A DNA stretch of 64,000 nucleotides from Phallusia mammillata (GCA_965637545.1 OZ281497.1:22134001-22198000), one strand, 5' to 3'; positions 24,877 to 38,987 are shown, numbered from the stretch's first letter. Made by a program: numbers and translations. Notes: a model not told the origin generated them from the letters alone.

Positions 24877-26449
24877 CAGTTTAAACGCCAAAACACGTTC
24901 GAAATGTGTCAAGGTCCCGCAAATCCACATATGGAATTAGAGCCTAAAGATTCGGTTTAAGAGAGTAAGACTGTGTAACACAAAGCCTTTTAGTTATTTT
25001 TTTCAAAGGTTTAAGAATGAAGTATCTTTAAAGCACTTGTTAAAACGGTTTAACTTAGGCCTACCATACGTCCTCTTTTTGGAGGACATGTCCTCTTTTT
25101 AACAAAAAAACAAGTTGTCCTCCGAAGACAAGAAAAAGTGCCCAAATGTCCTACTTTTTAAAGAATTTCTGTATTACCGAATACAAAAGTAACAATCATG
25201 CCTTTGGAAACAGCCAAATGTACATCTTCAGCTGATTTTTTTAAATACAGGTGGATTTTGCATATTTTGAGAATAAAAACTTTATTCAAACTATAATTTA
25301 ATATCATCTAATTTCTAAAGCTTTTATTTTTGGTGGGCCTTGAAGTATGTTTTCATGTCCTATTTAACAATGTGTCCTCCATTTGGGGGATGGAAATATG
25401 GTAGGCCTAGTTTAACTGCACCATCGTAAAACATGGAGTTAAAACCATAGTTAAACTGGGGCATTGGATTAATTGCTGTAATTCAGGTTTTCGGTACATC
25501 GTTCTTTTGTGATCAAGAACCACAGAAGGTTTTTGCAAATTTTTACAAACAATCTGTGTGCAGTTTTCGTTATCAAGGTTGCTTTGCCGGGTACAGTTAT
25601 AAGTTTTTTTTAATGTTGTGCAGTTGTTCCACATGTTGAGTAAACTCTCAAAAGTCCACACACATTCATGTAAAGCATTTGAATTTTAGAACTGGAATTT
25701 GTGGAGGGTAACTTTTTATTTTTCTTATTTATGTTTGGGTGAAATGGGTTAAAGTATATAGCTATGAATTTTACAAGACTTTTTTAATGTAGTTCAACTG
25801 TTTACTTTGCATTCAGGTATCATACTATTTTGTTCTGGAATGGAATGTGAAAATTTGTTACTTGCAAAGGTGATAATTCTTCCAATATTGCATGCTATCT
25901 TCCAATATAATGCAATGTGAGATTAAAACAAAATGTTTAAAATCGGGTAGGCACTTGCACTGAATTTTTATTCTTGCGTTTGTGCAGCCATAATCTTTTA
26001 ACCGTCAGGTCGTAATTTCTTTCTTATTTGTTGGAATTTATGTGGCTTAACAAGCAAGATACTTTAATTTGTCTATGATGAATAAATACAGTTTTGTGGA
26101 AGATAACGCATGTTCCTGCATTGTGGTTCGAAACCAAACTAATGATAAAGGATCACATCGAGTGTCTGTTTACGCATTTATTCTGCCATAAGGGTCAGCG
26201 TTTTTTTAATGTGTGTGGGTCCAATGACCAGGCGTATTTAGCAATCGTTCTGTGTTTACTATATTGGAATTCTATTTTGAAGCAACAGCCTAAAGTGACA
26301 TTGCTACGTGTCAAAGCCTACACATTTGAGGTGAACCAACGGATTTAAACAGACAGTAGTTGACACGCTTATACAAACTTATAATGAGAACAGTGCATGT
26401 AGGACTGTAACTGTATATTGGTTACGTAAGCAACAAAATATTAATACAC
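24877..26449. repeat. Segmental duplication module Y, copy 1 (copy 2 at 40113-41404; older partial copies ~31190-31390 and ~34160-34660)
   Basis: Collinear from cagtttaaacgccaaaacacg to aatattaatacacc. Paired shadow ORFs 26094-26348 and 41034-41252. Confidence 0.92.
25056..25409. mobile_element. hAT-type MITE, 354 bp
   Basis: 13-bp TIR taggcctaccata; 8-bp TSD gtttaact; empty site in the paralogous copy at 40287-40294. Confidence 0.93.
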
Positions 26450-27280
26450 CCAATTGTAAGGTTTATGTTTTTTGCACTACCTTGAAAGTTTGGTAAAGTA
26501 TCTTATGTAACAGGAGTCTTGGGTTGCGTTATTAAAGCAGAGATTCTGTTACATGAGGCAGGGGCTCTTGGACAATGCAAAGCTTATAAAAGTGAAAGAA
26601 AAGTATGACAGAAAACTTTTAAAAAGAGAGGTATATTCGTAATAAATAGAGGTATACTAATAAGGTTAACATTTACTGAGCAAAACATTTGTATTTGTAG
26701 AACACTATGTTGCTGCAAGATGGCATTTTCATGCCCAAAAAGCAAACAATATTGGGACTTAATGTGAATTATGAGGGCAGCTCTGTAAGTTATATAGAAG
26801 GCTTGTTTGGTTTGTTTTTTGGGATTTAGCCTTGTTGTATATATATAAGCTGGAGTGCACATAGCACCTATTCCCAACTAGTAAAATATCAAAGGTAATC
26901 AGATTTAGCCCATACAATTAGTTTTGATTAAGTGCAGTAGGAATTTTACTTAACATACATACCAGTAGGAATTTTACTTAACAGACATACCATAATATTT
27001 AAACATTTATGATTTAAACACATATTGCAAATATCTAGGTAAATTAGTTTGTATTTTGTAGAATGATCAGGCTGCAACATTACAGAAAATTAGGAATTGG
27101 CTTAGAAACGAAAGTGTCAGCTCTTGTTTGCTGAAGTTTCCATCACTACATGAGGAAAAAATGGTGAGCAGAATTAGTACTCAAACCAGAAAAGCATTTC
27201 ATATTTGGGTCTCTGGTGTAATTACAAGTTGCATCAAACTTAAACAGTTGCATCAATGACATAAGTTTGTACCAAACATG

Positions 27281-27321
<41 letters not shown>

Positions 27322-28792
27322 AGGATGTTTAAAGGGATTTAGATTTTCCTATAGACCTAACGTTTCACTTTAAACATCATTAGATGTTAGTGACTGTTTT
27401 TGACAAGCACAATAACAAACTGCATTTGTAGTTGCTTCAAGAAATGGAAGTCTTAACAGGAAATTCAGTTTTACAATCTTTCAATGATGTGGCTAAATCT
27501 TCAATTATTCCCAAACTGCTGAAATTGGAAAATATGTGTAATATTCCAGAGGAAATATTGATGTTTAAATGTTCAAATGGTATGTATTGCAATTATTTTA
27601 GGGAGAATATTTTGTTTGGTATTTTGGCCATAATGTTTATAAATTATAAGGCCAGTGTAAAACTGCCTTTTTCATGTCATTTACTTATGCAAACATGCAA
27701 AATACATTGAATTATTCTCGCCTACATTATAAACATGTATATACGTGTTCTTTTTAACCTTAAAGTCAGACTTGGATTTTTGATACCAACTTTTGCCAGG
27801 GCTGGTGGACGTCGCATTCAAAGCTTTACCAACGGTTTTTGAAGAATTGTATGGGGACTTTATTGTTTTTTAGGCAGGTAAGATTATAAATTATTACAGC
27901 AGTGGTGCATGTGAATTTGTTGCAAATTATTATTTGTTTCAGCACATATAAATATGTACAAATGTTATAAATTAGATTTTGGTAATCAGTATTGTAATTT
28001 TTTGTTTGTTTCAGGGCAGTGACATTCCCAACAGCATTTTCCTGTGCCTCTTTCTAAAACAGTCACAGATTTTCCTCTTTGCTGAGAAAAACCTACTGTA
28101 CAAGTGTAATAATGTGGTACATGGTGTTGCAGGACTCCTTGCATGTTATTGGATTTTTAACATACAGTTCCTGAAATCATGTGAGAAAACCCTACAGTTG
28201 CTATGTTACTTAGTTGGGTTGACAGTTGATATTTGTGCACCTGTAAAAAAAGTTATCAGTGTGTTGCAGTAAAATGAACTCTTAGCTGTGTTCGATGGTT
28301 GTTAATTTGGTGATAATATTAGGTTTAAAGGATGCTAAACCAGCCACAACACATGTAGTAGTTAACACCACATTGTTTATGGTGCATGGTTTTATTATGT
28401 GTTATTTTTGTGAAACATCATGTTTTCTGTCTTACTAATTTTTTACATGTGATAAGCACCACAATTACTGGGTTTAGTGTTTTTTTTTACATTAAATGCA
28501 TGCCTCTTTCCAAATAAGTTGTGCTAAATTGCGGTGATTGTATATTGTTGTTTGCTTTTGCTGTGACTGTTTTTGCCAAAGGCAATAAACTTGCAAATTG
28601 ATTCGTGTAATTCTCTACCTGTAACATGGATATAGAACATGTATGAGGGTGGTATTTTAGCAGGAATATAGTTGGAAATTAGGGACCACCCGTATAGTTG
28701 TGTCTGGGGTGGAGATTACCATCTAACCTTAGGGATGGAAAACAAGGACCACCTTTATACGTGGAACGGGCACTAGTTTTTCATTTACAGTG
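26450..28792 (+). mobile_element. Left-truncated CACTA/EnSpm-like transposon remnant carrying a spliced, disrupted accessory ORF
   Basis: The right end reads CACTGTAAA on the minus strand. Phase-compatible exons are at 27062-27163, 27432-27579, 27770-27877 (premature TGA, frameshift) and 28015-28272. GVAGLLACYWIFNIQF...TLQLL resembles, from recall, the C-terminus of SAMD3-like proteins found in animal EnSpm elements. Confidence 0.55.
27284..27317. repeat. (TA)n microsatellite, about 17 units
   Basis: Direct reading of the sequence. Confidence 0.95.
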
Positions 28793-30426
28793 TAATTAGC
28801 CATCGTAATAACCCAGTAAATTTATATTGAAAAAAATTGAAAAGGTTTAACTTTTAATAATGTTCTAACCTGTTTGTATTCCACCAACAAAGAAAAGTAA
28901 CATCGCAAAGTAAATTCGAGTCAACTCATTTTTAAACAAGTACACCTGTCCTACAAAACTCGTAGCTTTTCACACAAAATTACAGACCGTCGCTCCCAAC
29001 GGAACGTTTAGATAGTAGAACCGACAAGAATCAACTACCGGAAAGTTTCTTTATTCACATGTACCGAACAGCGCTTACCACAAGTGAAAGAGTTCTGTGA
29101 ATTTGGAAACGCTTGTTTTCCCAACGCCTCTTAGACCTTTGTAAAAGGGTGTCACAAGGTAATTTTATCTTTCGCCGGAACACGCAGCACAATAAATCTG
29201 CTCCTCGTGACGAAACCTGAGTTGTATAGACTGAGAACATTTATTTTACTCCAGTATATTCCGTAAATTACTTCCCTGGAAAAAACTTTATGTATAATCA
29301 TTATGTTACTTGTGATAAAATAAACGCGCATAACCAAGCGCTGAAAATTTATGTACAGTGTAATTTTAACATAATATACAATTATACAGTATCATAATGC
29401 GACATTATACATATAATCGTAGACTCATAAACTCTTGTATGAGATATTTCTAAGTGAAACAACAACTGTGGTTTTGTCGGTCTCTCGAAACTCCAAGCGG
29501 AGAATTGAAAGTGACGAACACCGAAAATCGGCAATACAGGTTGATATGCACGTAAAAAATACGTTGTGCTAATACTATACGATTAAAAAGTTGATGTGAT
29601 GACTACAAAAACAGCCTTAAATTTGCCCTAAACAGGACATAAAGAACATTAAAGGCTTACGCGGGAAGTACCGCAGTCTCTCGGGAGAATAAAACTTGTT
29701 TCGCTGAGAAGAAATCCCCTTTTACCAGTGCTAGGTTTTCAATGGCAATACCTACGTAGGAAAGAAAGGAAAAGGGCTTGTGTCGTTTGCCCCATTATGA
29801 GCCTTGCTTTTCGTCTTTAACCAACAGTTTAATCAAGCTTTTCAATAGCTGTATTCTAAACTTTTTTCATATATTTTCGGTTTTTAATTTGATTTAACGT
29901 AAAAACTCATTATTAACTTAATTATATTACACATAGATAGACTATAACAAAGCCACATTCTAACAACGGTTCCCACAATTTAGGCAAATTGTCCTCGTGC
30001 AAACGTTCAGTACAGTAACGTTGGCATTAGCGTCCAAATCTTACTCAAAAACTTTAATGTAGGTAAGATAAAGTAAGCAAAATTATCGGAAAAAGGCAAA
30101 CCCCTGAGATCGGGCAAAACGGTCTAAAACAAAGAAAACACAGTAACAGCTATGATCCAGCATGAAAGGTAAATGTATTTGGTATTGTTAAGTCGGGAAC
30201 TTCAAAAAGAAATAATATTGTTAAATTTTTTTGTTATTTGCTTCGAGACCAGAAACGAATTATCGTTCGAAACACAAATGCATATACGAAGCGAACGCTC
30301 TTTTAGAAGATTTGGTTAACCCATGGTTAACAAAGCGAACGCTCTTTTAGCTGTGCGATGACAACTGTCAGCTGGAAAGGTGTCAACCGTCGCTGTTCCC
30401 AGTTGGCAGCAGGAAAGCAGACTTAA
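28793..30426. repeat. Segmental duplication module X, copy 2
   Basis: Matches 17025-18690. It then jumps to a copy of 20278-20970 (30430-31158). Confidence 0.95.
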
Positions 30427-31671
30427 AATCATTTATCAACTAAACAATGTTTTGCGCAATGCAAGTGGCTTTTTGTTGCACATTTTTGCAAATTAATGTC
30501 ATTGACAAAAATAAGGCCAGAGTTTACGAAAATGGGCCTTAAGTATGTTTTACTGTTTTGTTCAGCAGTTACTTTACCCGGGATTTAAACATGAGTAAAA
30601 CAATTCACAGCACATCTCAACCTACAAAGGCATTAGCGAACGGTGTTTTGATGGAAAGTACGTTGTCAAGTCGGGGATGATTAGGGGAAAATTGTATTGC
30701 GTCATGTGACCACAAGCTTCTTTGTTATCTGCTTCGCGTTGGTGGTTAACAAAGCGAACGTGCTTTTGGTTGTGCTTTGGCAACAGTCAGTAGAAAGGTA
30801 CTTTAAAGCTGTCGCCGTTCATAATTCGTATTCGAAAATTTGAGCTAAGCTTTAAACTATCCGAGACCAAAAAAATCTAATGCTGATGCAGTGTATAAAG
30901 CATGACAAAATTGATATTAACAAGAATTTGTATTAAGATTTTGTATAAGATACAGATCAAATTTTGTATAAGATACAGATCAAACGTTCTGTAAGTTACA
31001 GCTGTTTTGTCCCTAATGTTGGTTATGCATTTGACGCAAATTGTGAAGTCAGTATTGGGAAGGATGATTTTGTTTCGATTGATAAACTCAATAGACTGCG
31101 TGTTGAATGTGTGTGAACGTGTTTGACAGCATAATTTGAGTAGTCATATGAACTGCTTATTCATGCGTTTGTGTAGCCATGTTTTTATACCATCAGGCTG
31201 TAATTTTTTTCCCAGTTTGTTCGAACTTATGTGACTGACCAAGCAAGATACTTTGCCCCACGAATAAATAAAGTTTTATAGAAGGTAACGCATGTTCCTG
31301 TAATGCTGTTTGAAGCAAGAGTAATGGTAAAAGAGTTCAACAACTTAGAGAGTCTGTTTACGCAATTTTTCTGCCATAAAAGTCAAAACAGTTTTTAAAC
31401 GATATTTTATATTGTGTATTTTCGAAAAGGAAATATTCAAAACAAAAGAAATGTTGACCTAATCATTTAAATTTTAGTTTTTACTCAAGTTAACAATAGC
31501 AAACAAAATATACTACTTTTTTGGAATATTGTTGTTCCGGAAAAACAATTACTTGCTTAACACTGCAGTTTAGCATTTGCTTTAATCCTTTTTGTTTAGG
31601 TGTAGATATAAATTTCTTTTAAAAACGTTGGTAGTTTTTGTTTGTTTTATCATTATCAACATCATACAGTC

Positions 31672-32201
31672 ATGACTTGGCCCACAATTGGAATCATAAT
31701 AACTGCTTCGATTCCGTTTTTGCTTACATTACGCAAACATTTTGATTGTGACAATAACAACAAGTGAGTTAGTGATACATTTAGTAACAAACCGTTTTGC
31801 TTAATTCGTGTTTTTTTAAATTAACTATGTGTTACTGTCTGCACAGATGTTGCAACATTGGTTGTATCCTCCAACTGGTTGTCAGCTTGTTGGCAGGATT
31901 GTTTTCATGTTGTTGCTGTATTGTCAACCTTCAAGCAAACACAAAGAACGAAATTGTTCTGTTCCATGAGGGAATTGGTTTAGTTCAGTTTGTTGCAGGT
32001 GCGTACACTTCGTAGTTTAACATTTTTAACTGAAGGAGAAAGGGTAAACAAAGGTGAAGCACAATATAACTTACTGATGTAAAGTGTGTGCCTTTTGTTA
32101 GTGGGTTTGTTGTATGTTTGAAATTAAAGTTTTTCCTTTTTGCATCAACAGGTAACCCCAGTATGCCGATTAGTCATACGACATGCATGTTTTTTTATTA
32201 A
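31672..32201 (+). CDS. Small hydrophobic Cys-rich protein, paralog E (second subfamily, ~97 aa)
   Basis: Exons 31672-31763, 31847-31998 and 32152-32201, with the same intron phases (2, 1) as A/B/D. MTWPTIGIIITASIPFLL...KCCNIGCILQLVVSLLAGLFSCCCCIVNL...GIGLVQFVAG. Exon 3 is short and less certain. Confidence 0.7.
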
Positions 32202-32377
32202 CATTCAAAAATTTAGTCTTTAGTCAAAAATTTAAAAATTTAGTAAAATTCAAAATTTATTCGTTCAGAAATTAGCCAATTACGTAGTTTTGGATAAAAA
32301 AGCTGTTTACTTATGCCAAGTTCAAGAGATTAGTTGTCTAAAATACTCATTACAAACAAATTCATGATTGTTTACAG

Positions 32378-33853
32378 CAGGGGCGGGCAACTTCTCCAGT
32401 CGGCGGGCCTGATATGGGAAAATGAAGTACTTGGCGGGCCGGATTCCTGAATCGATACATTAATCGCGTATTTATCCAGTGATAAAACGGATTTTTGACG
32501 ACCTAAACCAGTGGTTCTTAACCTTTTTATAACGGCCGAACCCCTACTATATTCTTCAGCCTTTGGTCGAACCCCAAGTTACATCCTAGGTTTTTAACCC
32601 ATTTTGTTTGGTGGGTCATAATTAGTTTTTGTTTAAACGTAGTGGCAACAGTTACTGTTTGTCATTTTGTTAAATTCTGACATCATAATACAAGCAACTT
32701 GTTTCAGGATTGCTTTAATTCCGGCAACTTTTAGTTTTTACCAAAATGAAGCATTGTATTTTTAGCATCTGTACACTAACATGAAAAAGATGAAGTAATA
32801 AGTTTTTGCTGCCAACAAAATTTCGTTGTTTTTCTGCTTACGAACAACGCGAACAATGCTCTTTGTTACGTCAAAAAAAGAAAAGAAAACCTTAGTGCAG
32901 GGTTGCACAACGTCGCAGAATCTTCTTTTACCAACGGCCGCCATTTGCCTGCTTATTTTTGTTTTAAAATATTTGGTTTATATCATGCATTTACCATCTA
33001 ATAGCGCCCAAAAAGCCCAGATTAATTTCTAGCTCGGTGCATAGATTGAGCTGCACAGCGAGGAGATCAGTCTTAAGTGTTTATGATGTCACAATCTATA
33101 TTGTGATGCTTGTTGTACCTGTTTTGTTCGCATTGTTGTCACACAATAGGCGTACAAAAAGTCTGACACATATGGTTATTAGGCTGGTAATACTCTTTTT
33201 AGTACCACAAAAACTGTTTAGAGCAGTTTAAAACACCCCTGCCTAAGTTTAACCTTCCAGTGTTTCGATATTAAGCAAATACAAATTGCCGTTTTTAGCG
33301 ACTATAGACCCTAAAGTTTGACAAAAACGAGTATTTGTATTGTACTTCAAAAAGACCTTCGTCGAACCCCTGATTCGGCGTTGCCGAACCCCTGGGGTTC
33401 GATCGATCACCGGTTAAGAACCACTGACCTAAACCAAATACAATCAAGAACGTCACAATTACAATACAGTCCAAACAATCTAACTGATATAACATAAAAT
33501 TATTCACCACAGCAAATTTAATGCATAAACCACAAACTTAGATACTGCTGAAACACTAACTAGGCTACACGTGTGGAAACAAAGGAAACCGTGGCCACAC
33601 ACATGGTTGGCAGTTATGTCGTAACAATGGATGTATGGTGCAATGGTAACAACGGCGGGATAGTTTTTTTGCTATTGGGGAGCGTTACTGTCCGTTACAA
33701 CTATAATTTGACGTAGTAAGCAAGTAGTGGGGGATTGTAGCAGACTGTGGCCGCGGGCCACATTATCATGTAAGACCAGAAACTGTCCGCGGGCCGCTCA
33801 AAATTCCGTCGCGGGCCGGATCCGGCCCGCGGGCCGTATGTTGCCCGCCCCTG
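32378..33853. mobile_element. Non-autonomous hAT element, outer element of a nest
   Basis: Perfect 14-bp TIR caggggcgggcaac; perfect TSD gtttacag. Confidence 0.95.
32509..33426. mobile_element. Non-autonomous hAT element nested inside 32378-33853
   Basis: Perfect 15-bp TIR cagtggttcttaacc; perfect TSD acctaaac. Confidence 0.95.
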
Positions 33854-35352
33854 GTTTACAGGCATTATCTCCGTTTGCGTCGATTGGGCAAGTAACAAGG
33901 AAAATATTGAAGGCGAAGGAGCCCTTAAAGCGTTTTGGTTACCACTTTTCCACTGTTTTTGCCAATATAAGATAATTTGAAGACAATTTAAACTAATACG
34001 GTTACAGTTTAATATTTGCATTAAATATTTTTTCTTTTGCTGTGCCGCTGTGTTTTGTTTAAAATTGATGCTTCCAACTTTTCCGCTTTCCGTGTTTTTT
34101 AATCGTAATGCCTTTTTTGCTGTTTATGTCCCGCTTTTCTATTTTTTTGAAATGTTATGGGGCCAAATGGCCAAGCGTTTTCAGCAATCGTTCTGTGTTT
34201 ACTATGCCATGGGTTGTTACACTTTTTGATGCCATTGCATTTCTCGAAGCAGCAACCTAAAGTGGTATTGCTACGTGTCAAAACGTACAAATCAAAATTG
34301 ATCTATCAGATTTCCAGAAAGACAGTAGCTGCCCAACTTATCCAAACTTATACTGGGCACAGTGTATTTAGAACAGTAACTGCGTAAATTGGTTACATAA
34401 GCAAAGAAATATTAAAAAAGCTACACCGCAGTATCCTACTCAGTTTTAAAGCATAGGGATAACTAAAATATGCTTGAAGTCAGACCAACCACCATTCCTT
34501 ACTTGCCTGTGGTAGTTAGGCTTAAATGATAATTCCATAAACAAACAAGAGATTTAAACAATACAAAAAATCATTGCATTGAGAAGAGTTTCCCACATTT
34601 TTAATTTGCTCGTGCAGAAATGGATCTTATCTGGTTGTTTTCAGGGTAACGATAATAAAAAGGTTAATAACCACTAACTGAACAGTCGCACAATCTCACG
34701 ATAAATGTAATTGTAAAGGCACAAGGTCTTATAGGTCCCACTTCTAAAAGCTTCTAAAAGACCGCGGACAACTAGTTTCTGAGCAGTTAGTTTAAAGCGC
34801 TTAACATATATTTTTTTCATGGTTTTTTTATTTTCTTTTTGGGCAAAGGGTTTTCAAAAATTCAAAACTAACCTTATTCTGTCTAAAAGCCAAGCGATGA
34901 AGCGACAAAAGTGCATTAAATCTAAACCTTAAGGTCTGACCCTGTAGAAAACCAAAATATATTTTGCGAAAACTCCATGACCTTATTACCTCAGAGAAAA
35001 ATGATTTACGCTGCTTCATAATTTGCTTCGCGTTCATGGCTATAACAAAGCGTTTATAAGAGAGAGTCGGTTTTACCTTCAACAACGTCATGTTTCATTG
35101 CTCGTAAGGCAACTGAAATTGGTCTCCGACTTTATTGCTAAATGTATACTACCCAGTAACTAAGGGCTGTTTTTTCTGTTGCTTTTCGTACATCATCGGA
35201 AATAAAAAGGCCACAAGTTGGTACTGTATTTGCAAAATATCAACCCGTATTACTGCAATAGTGTTTTTTTAGCTTTGCGTCAATTTTCGTTTTTTTTGCG
35301 GCTCATAAAACAAAATGTTTTGATTTTAAACATAGAGTTTGGTGGAGTGTAA

Positions 35353-35513
35353 CAAAAGTTTTGGTATGGCACTTTAGGAGATTTACCAAAACTGGTGGAA
35401 AATTTTGCTGTTCTCAGAAAATTGCATCAATCAATGTGTTGGTGGGGGCCCCACAGTAAATAGCTTGGCGGGCCGGACTGTGGCCCTCGGGCCGTATGTT
35501 GCACACCCCTGCC
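35353..35513. mobile_element. One-ended hAT fragment
   Basis: Ends in gttgcacacccctg. It replaces ~50 bp present in the paralogous copy (~22612-22665). No left TIR; boundaries approximate. Confidence 0.6.
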
Positions 35514-36347
35514 CTAGACTAAAAATGCTATTGGTTGTATACTTTTGTAAGAACTGCACCCACACAGAACTTTAGGGGTCGCTTGCACAAACGAAAAACA
35601 AACAAACAAAAGTTGACATTTTAAAAAACACTAATGCAACTGGGCGAGGCTGCTACAAACCCATTAGCAATGAGGATCGCAATTGATTCAGTTGCTTTAG
35701 TAAAATAAATGTAAAACCAAATTTTGCAAAACGTTTTGCTTGTACCCCTATGCTTCATAAGAAATTTGTATAAATAACTTGACTATACAGATATTGTTTT
35801 GCATAATATTCTGTTTGTTTTGGATGCTAATTACAGTCGTTAACATTTACCACCCTGTCAACAAATAACGGGTTTTACATGTTAACAACATAACACTGTG
35901 CAAAAACCCTGTAAAATTTGCCCAACAAGGCGGAACGCTAAAGATCAGTGTGGTACGTGCCAGTATTTCGAAAGGGTGAAAATTGTTTCGTCGACGGGAA
36001 ATCCCCTTGTGTCAGAGCTAAGTAATACAGGGCATCGCGTCATTTGCCTAAGCACCTTACTGTATACGTCAACAGTTTCAACAAGACTTGCATTTTATGC
36101 TTTCGGTCTTAAACTGGATAAACCTATACCTTCAGAACTGGTTATTAAGCTGACTAAATTATGACATACAAAGACCATGGCAGAATCGTATGCTCACAAT
36201 GGTTACCACAACTTGTTACTGTGTATTTTCCAAAATAAAATAAGCCTAAGTAAACAAACGTTAACCTAATCATTTTAATATAAGATTTACTCAAATTAAT
36301 AAAGGCAAAAAAAGGGTACGTTGAACTTCAGCTCAAACTGTATAAGC

Positions 36348-36687
36348 CAGGGGTGTCCAAAGTGCGGCCCGCGGGCCAAATGCGGCCCCCGGCGACATTT
36401 CACGTGGCCCGCAGGTGTTTTTCAAAATGTTTCGCAAAAACGTTTTTGGGTTTTTGCGACTTGCGACTTCACGCAAACGCCTTCCATGGAACTTTATTTA
36501 CCGGTAAAAGCAAAGTGTACAGCGTGCTGACGCAACAAAATCCCACAATTTCCTTAAATTCCGTATATTTTTGCTCAATTTTCAAAAAACGTTGGCCCGC
36601 GGGCGTCTTCTTCTGGCAAAAATTGGCCCGCGGGCGTCATCATCTGGCAAAAATTGGCCCCCACGAAAAAAAGTTTGGACACCCCTG
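36348..36687. mobile_element. hAT-type MITE, 340 bp
   Basis: TIR caggggtgtccaaa; TSD gtataagc; empty paralogous site gtataacc at 23556. Confidence 0.95.
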
Positions 36688-37785
36688 GTATAAGCCCTTG
36701 ACATAACGAAAAATCAAAAAGTTTTTTAGGTAAAACACCTGGTGCAAAGTTAGGGATTTTCGTGGAAAATTCTATTTGTGTCATGGGGTTACACTCGAAC
36801 CCGTGATGTGTTGTGCACTGATGGAGAACAAAGGCGAACGGGTCTGCTTCTAACAGTAAAACCTGAACATCTAGTGCAACCGCTATTAGTGATTAGACTG
36901 TGTTCAGTTTGGCTGTATTTGAAAGTTGGGCAGTATTTTTTGTCCTTAGTGCATTTTCCTGATATTATGTAAGGAGAATGTCAAGTAACGAAAGGCCTAG
37001 TCTATTCTGGTTGACTGAATAGTTAGCTATGAGTTTTTTCTCCATATTTTACGCTGCCTAAACAGAAAAAACTTCTTGTTTAGATTGTATTGTTGCTGAT
37101 GTGTGAACATGCAAAATTTGTTTTTTTAGAGCGTTTAAAAAATAATAGTTGCTTGGTGTCGCTATAGGTTGCGATAGCATGCCAGTGTAGATCAGAAGAA
37201 GTTTTTTGGGTACAATTATATATTCAAAAAAGGTTGGGCACCTCTGGTGTACACTATGAAAACAAACAAAACACAATAAAATTAAATAAAAAGCTATGAT
37301 CCAGCAGGAAAAGTAAATACATCTGGTATTGTCAATTTGGGAATTTCAAAAAGAAATGCTATTTTCATATGGGTTCTTTGTTATCTGCTTCGTGTCCATG
37401 GTTAACAAAGCGAACGCTCTTTTAGTTGTGCGATGACAACCGTCAGTTGGAAAGCTATGTAATTCAATTCAATTCAATTCAATTTATTTTTGCTTTGTAA
37501 GACTGTCGCTGTCCCAGTTGGCAGCAGGAAAGCAGACTTAATTTTGCAACTATTCGAGACATTTGCACCAGAAACAATAAAAAAAACGAACACTAATGTT
37601 CTTTGAAGTTTTATCAGTTTATTTATGTCTCTGTCAAAAATATTTTAAAATAACAATGGGAAGGCTGGTTCTGATCTAATCATGCTATGAGCTGTGTTGA
37701 AAATGTCACGTGTTTATTCGCATTCAAAATGTCTGGTTAAAGGTTACTGTAAAAAAAAAACACCTATCTTCCTCATAGAAACATA

Positions 37786-38987
37786 ATGGAGTACTCGTCT
37801 AAAGATATTTCAATTCGGTGCAATGTTGGAACTCTTATAATTACTCTTATCCAGTTGTTTTGTTGCACATGTTCATGTGGTAGTGATAAAGAAAAAAAAT
37901 CAAAGTAAGTTTGTGTAACATTTGGTAACAAATTTTTGCTGCACTCGCGTCCTTACTGTTGTGTGTCTTTTTATGAAGATTTGGTTAAGTGGTGGTCTTA
38001 TTTTCTGTACAGGGAAAGTGACAACGATTGGTGGCTTATGTTCGTGAGCTCAGTTGCCCGATGTTTGCAATTTGTTTGCTTTGTGGTGAACTTTACTTCT
38101 GCTTCCTATTATATAAAAGTTGCTATGAATGCTGGAACTGGTTTAGTACTGTTTGTGGAAGGTAGGTCTGCTTATTTTTAAACTTTAGTTTGATTAAACT
38201 GCTTGAGCCATATTTCATTTTGTACACTATTTAAGTTTGGCGATTGAGCTTGACCGAAGAAAAACTACAGTAGGGATTACCATAAAATATGTGTTTTTTG
38301 ATGGCCACCACTTTTGTAAAGCCGCGAATGTGATTTAGCGAAAACTGGTTCTTTGATCAGACTAAGCCTAATGACCATTGTACAAAAACGCTATAGACAA
38401 AACAACAAACCATATCCCATGCAGAACAGAGTTGTAAGTCGGGCCGGGCATTTCGAGTCGGGTTCGGGTTCGGGACGAGTTTGGGGCGAGTTCGGACCGG
38501 GTTCGGGCTGGGTTCGGGCTTTGGTTTTTCTATTATTCGTCCTTAATTCGGGCTTGACTTCACTTTCTGTGTCGGTATGTTTTTAATGTAAATTACCAAG
38601 CTAATAAGTAGCTAGTTACTAGGCGTAACCTAATGCCCAACAGCCCTAAAACGTCTTGTTTAAGCCATTGTACTACCATTGTGTATGTCTTCTTTATTAT
38701 AAGCTTGTCAATCAAACATTCAGGCCAAAACGGGCTTTACCAAAACGATTCGGGTTCCGGCCTGGCTCGGGCCGGGCTCGGGCTTAAATTTCGGGGCCCG
38801 CTTACAACTCTGATGCAGTATGTACAATTGCCATTTGTAAAACAAGTTTGTGTTGTGTGCAGGTTGCGTCAAATGTCGCTGCGAGTTGGAATGGAAATGG
38901 GATGTTGTCTTGCTTCTGAAGTCGTTTACTCTCCCAATTTTAGATATTTATTTTGAGTATAAAGTTTGTTCATTGGAAACACAGTAA
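37786..38987 (+). CDS. Small hydrophobic Cys-rich protein, paralog D (130 aa)
   Basis: Exons 37786-37904, 38013-38161 and 38863-38987; canonical splice sites; open frame. MEYSSKDISIRCNVGTLIITLIQLFCCTCSCGSDKEKKSKESDNDWWLMFVSSVARCLQFVCFVVNFTSASYYIKVAMNAGTGLVLFVEGCVKCRCELEWKWDVVLLLKSFTLPILDIYFEYKVCSLETQ*. Confidence 0.78.
38427..38812. mobile_element. hAT-type MITE in intron 2 of paralog D
   Basis: 12-bp TIR cagagttgtaag; TSD atgcagaa/atgcagta; internal CGGGC-rich subterminal motifs (a related fragment lies at ~13350-13605). Confidence 0.9.

Noticed and set aside
32898-33241. Third nested MITE inside 32509-33426
   Set aside because: TIRs are poor and the flanks match at only 6 of 8 positions (ccttagtg/cctaagtt).
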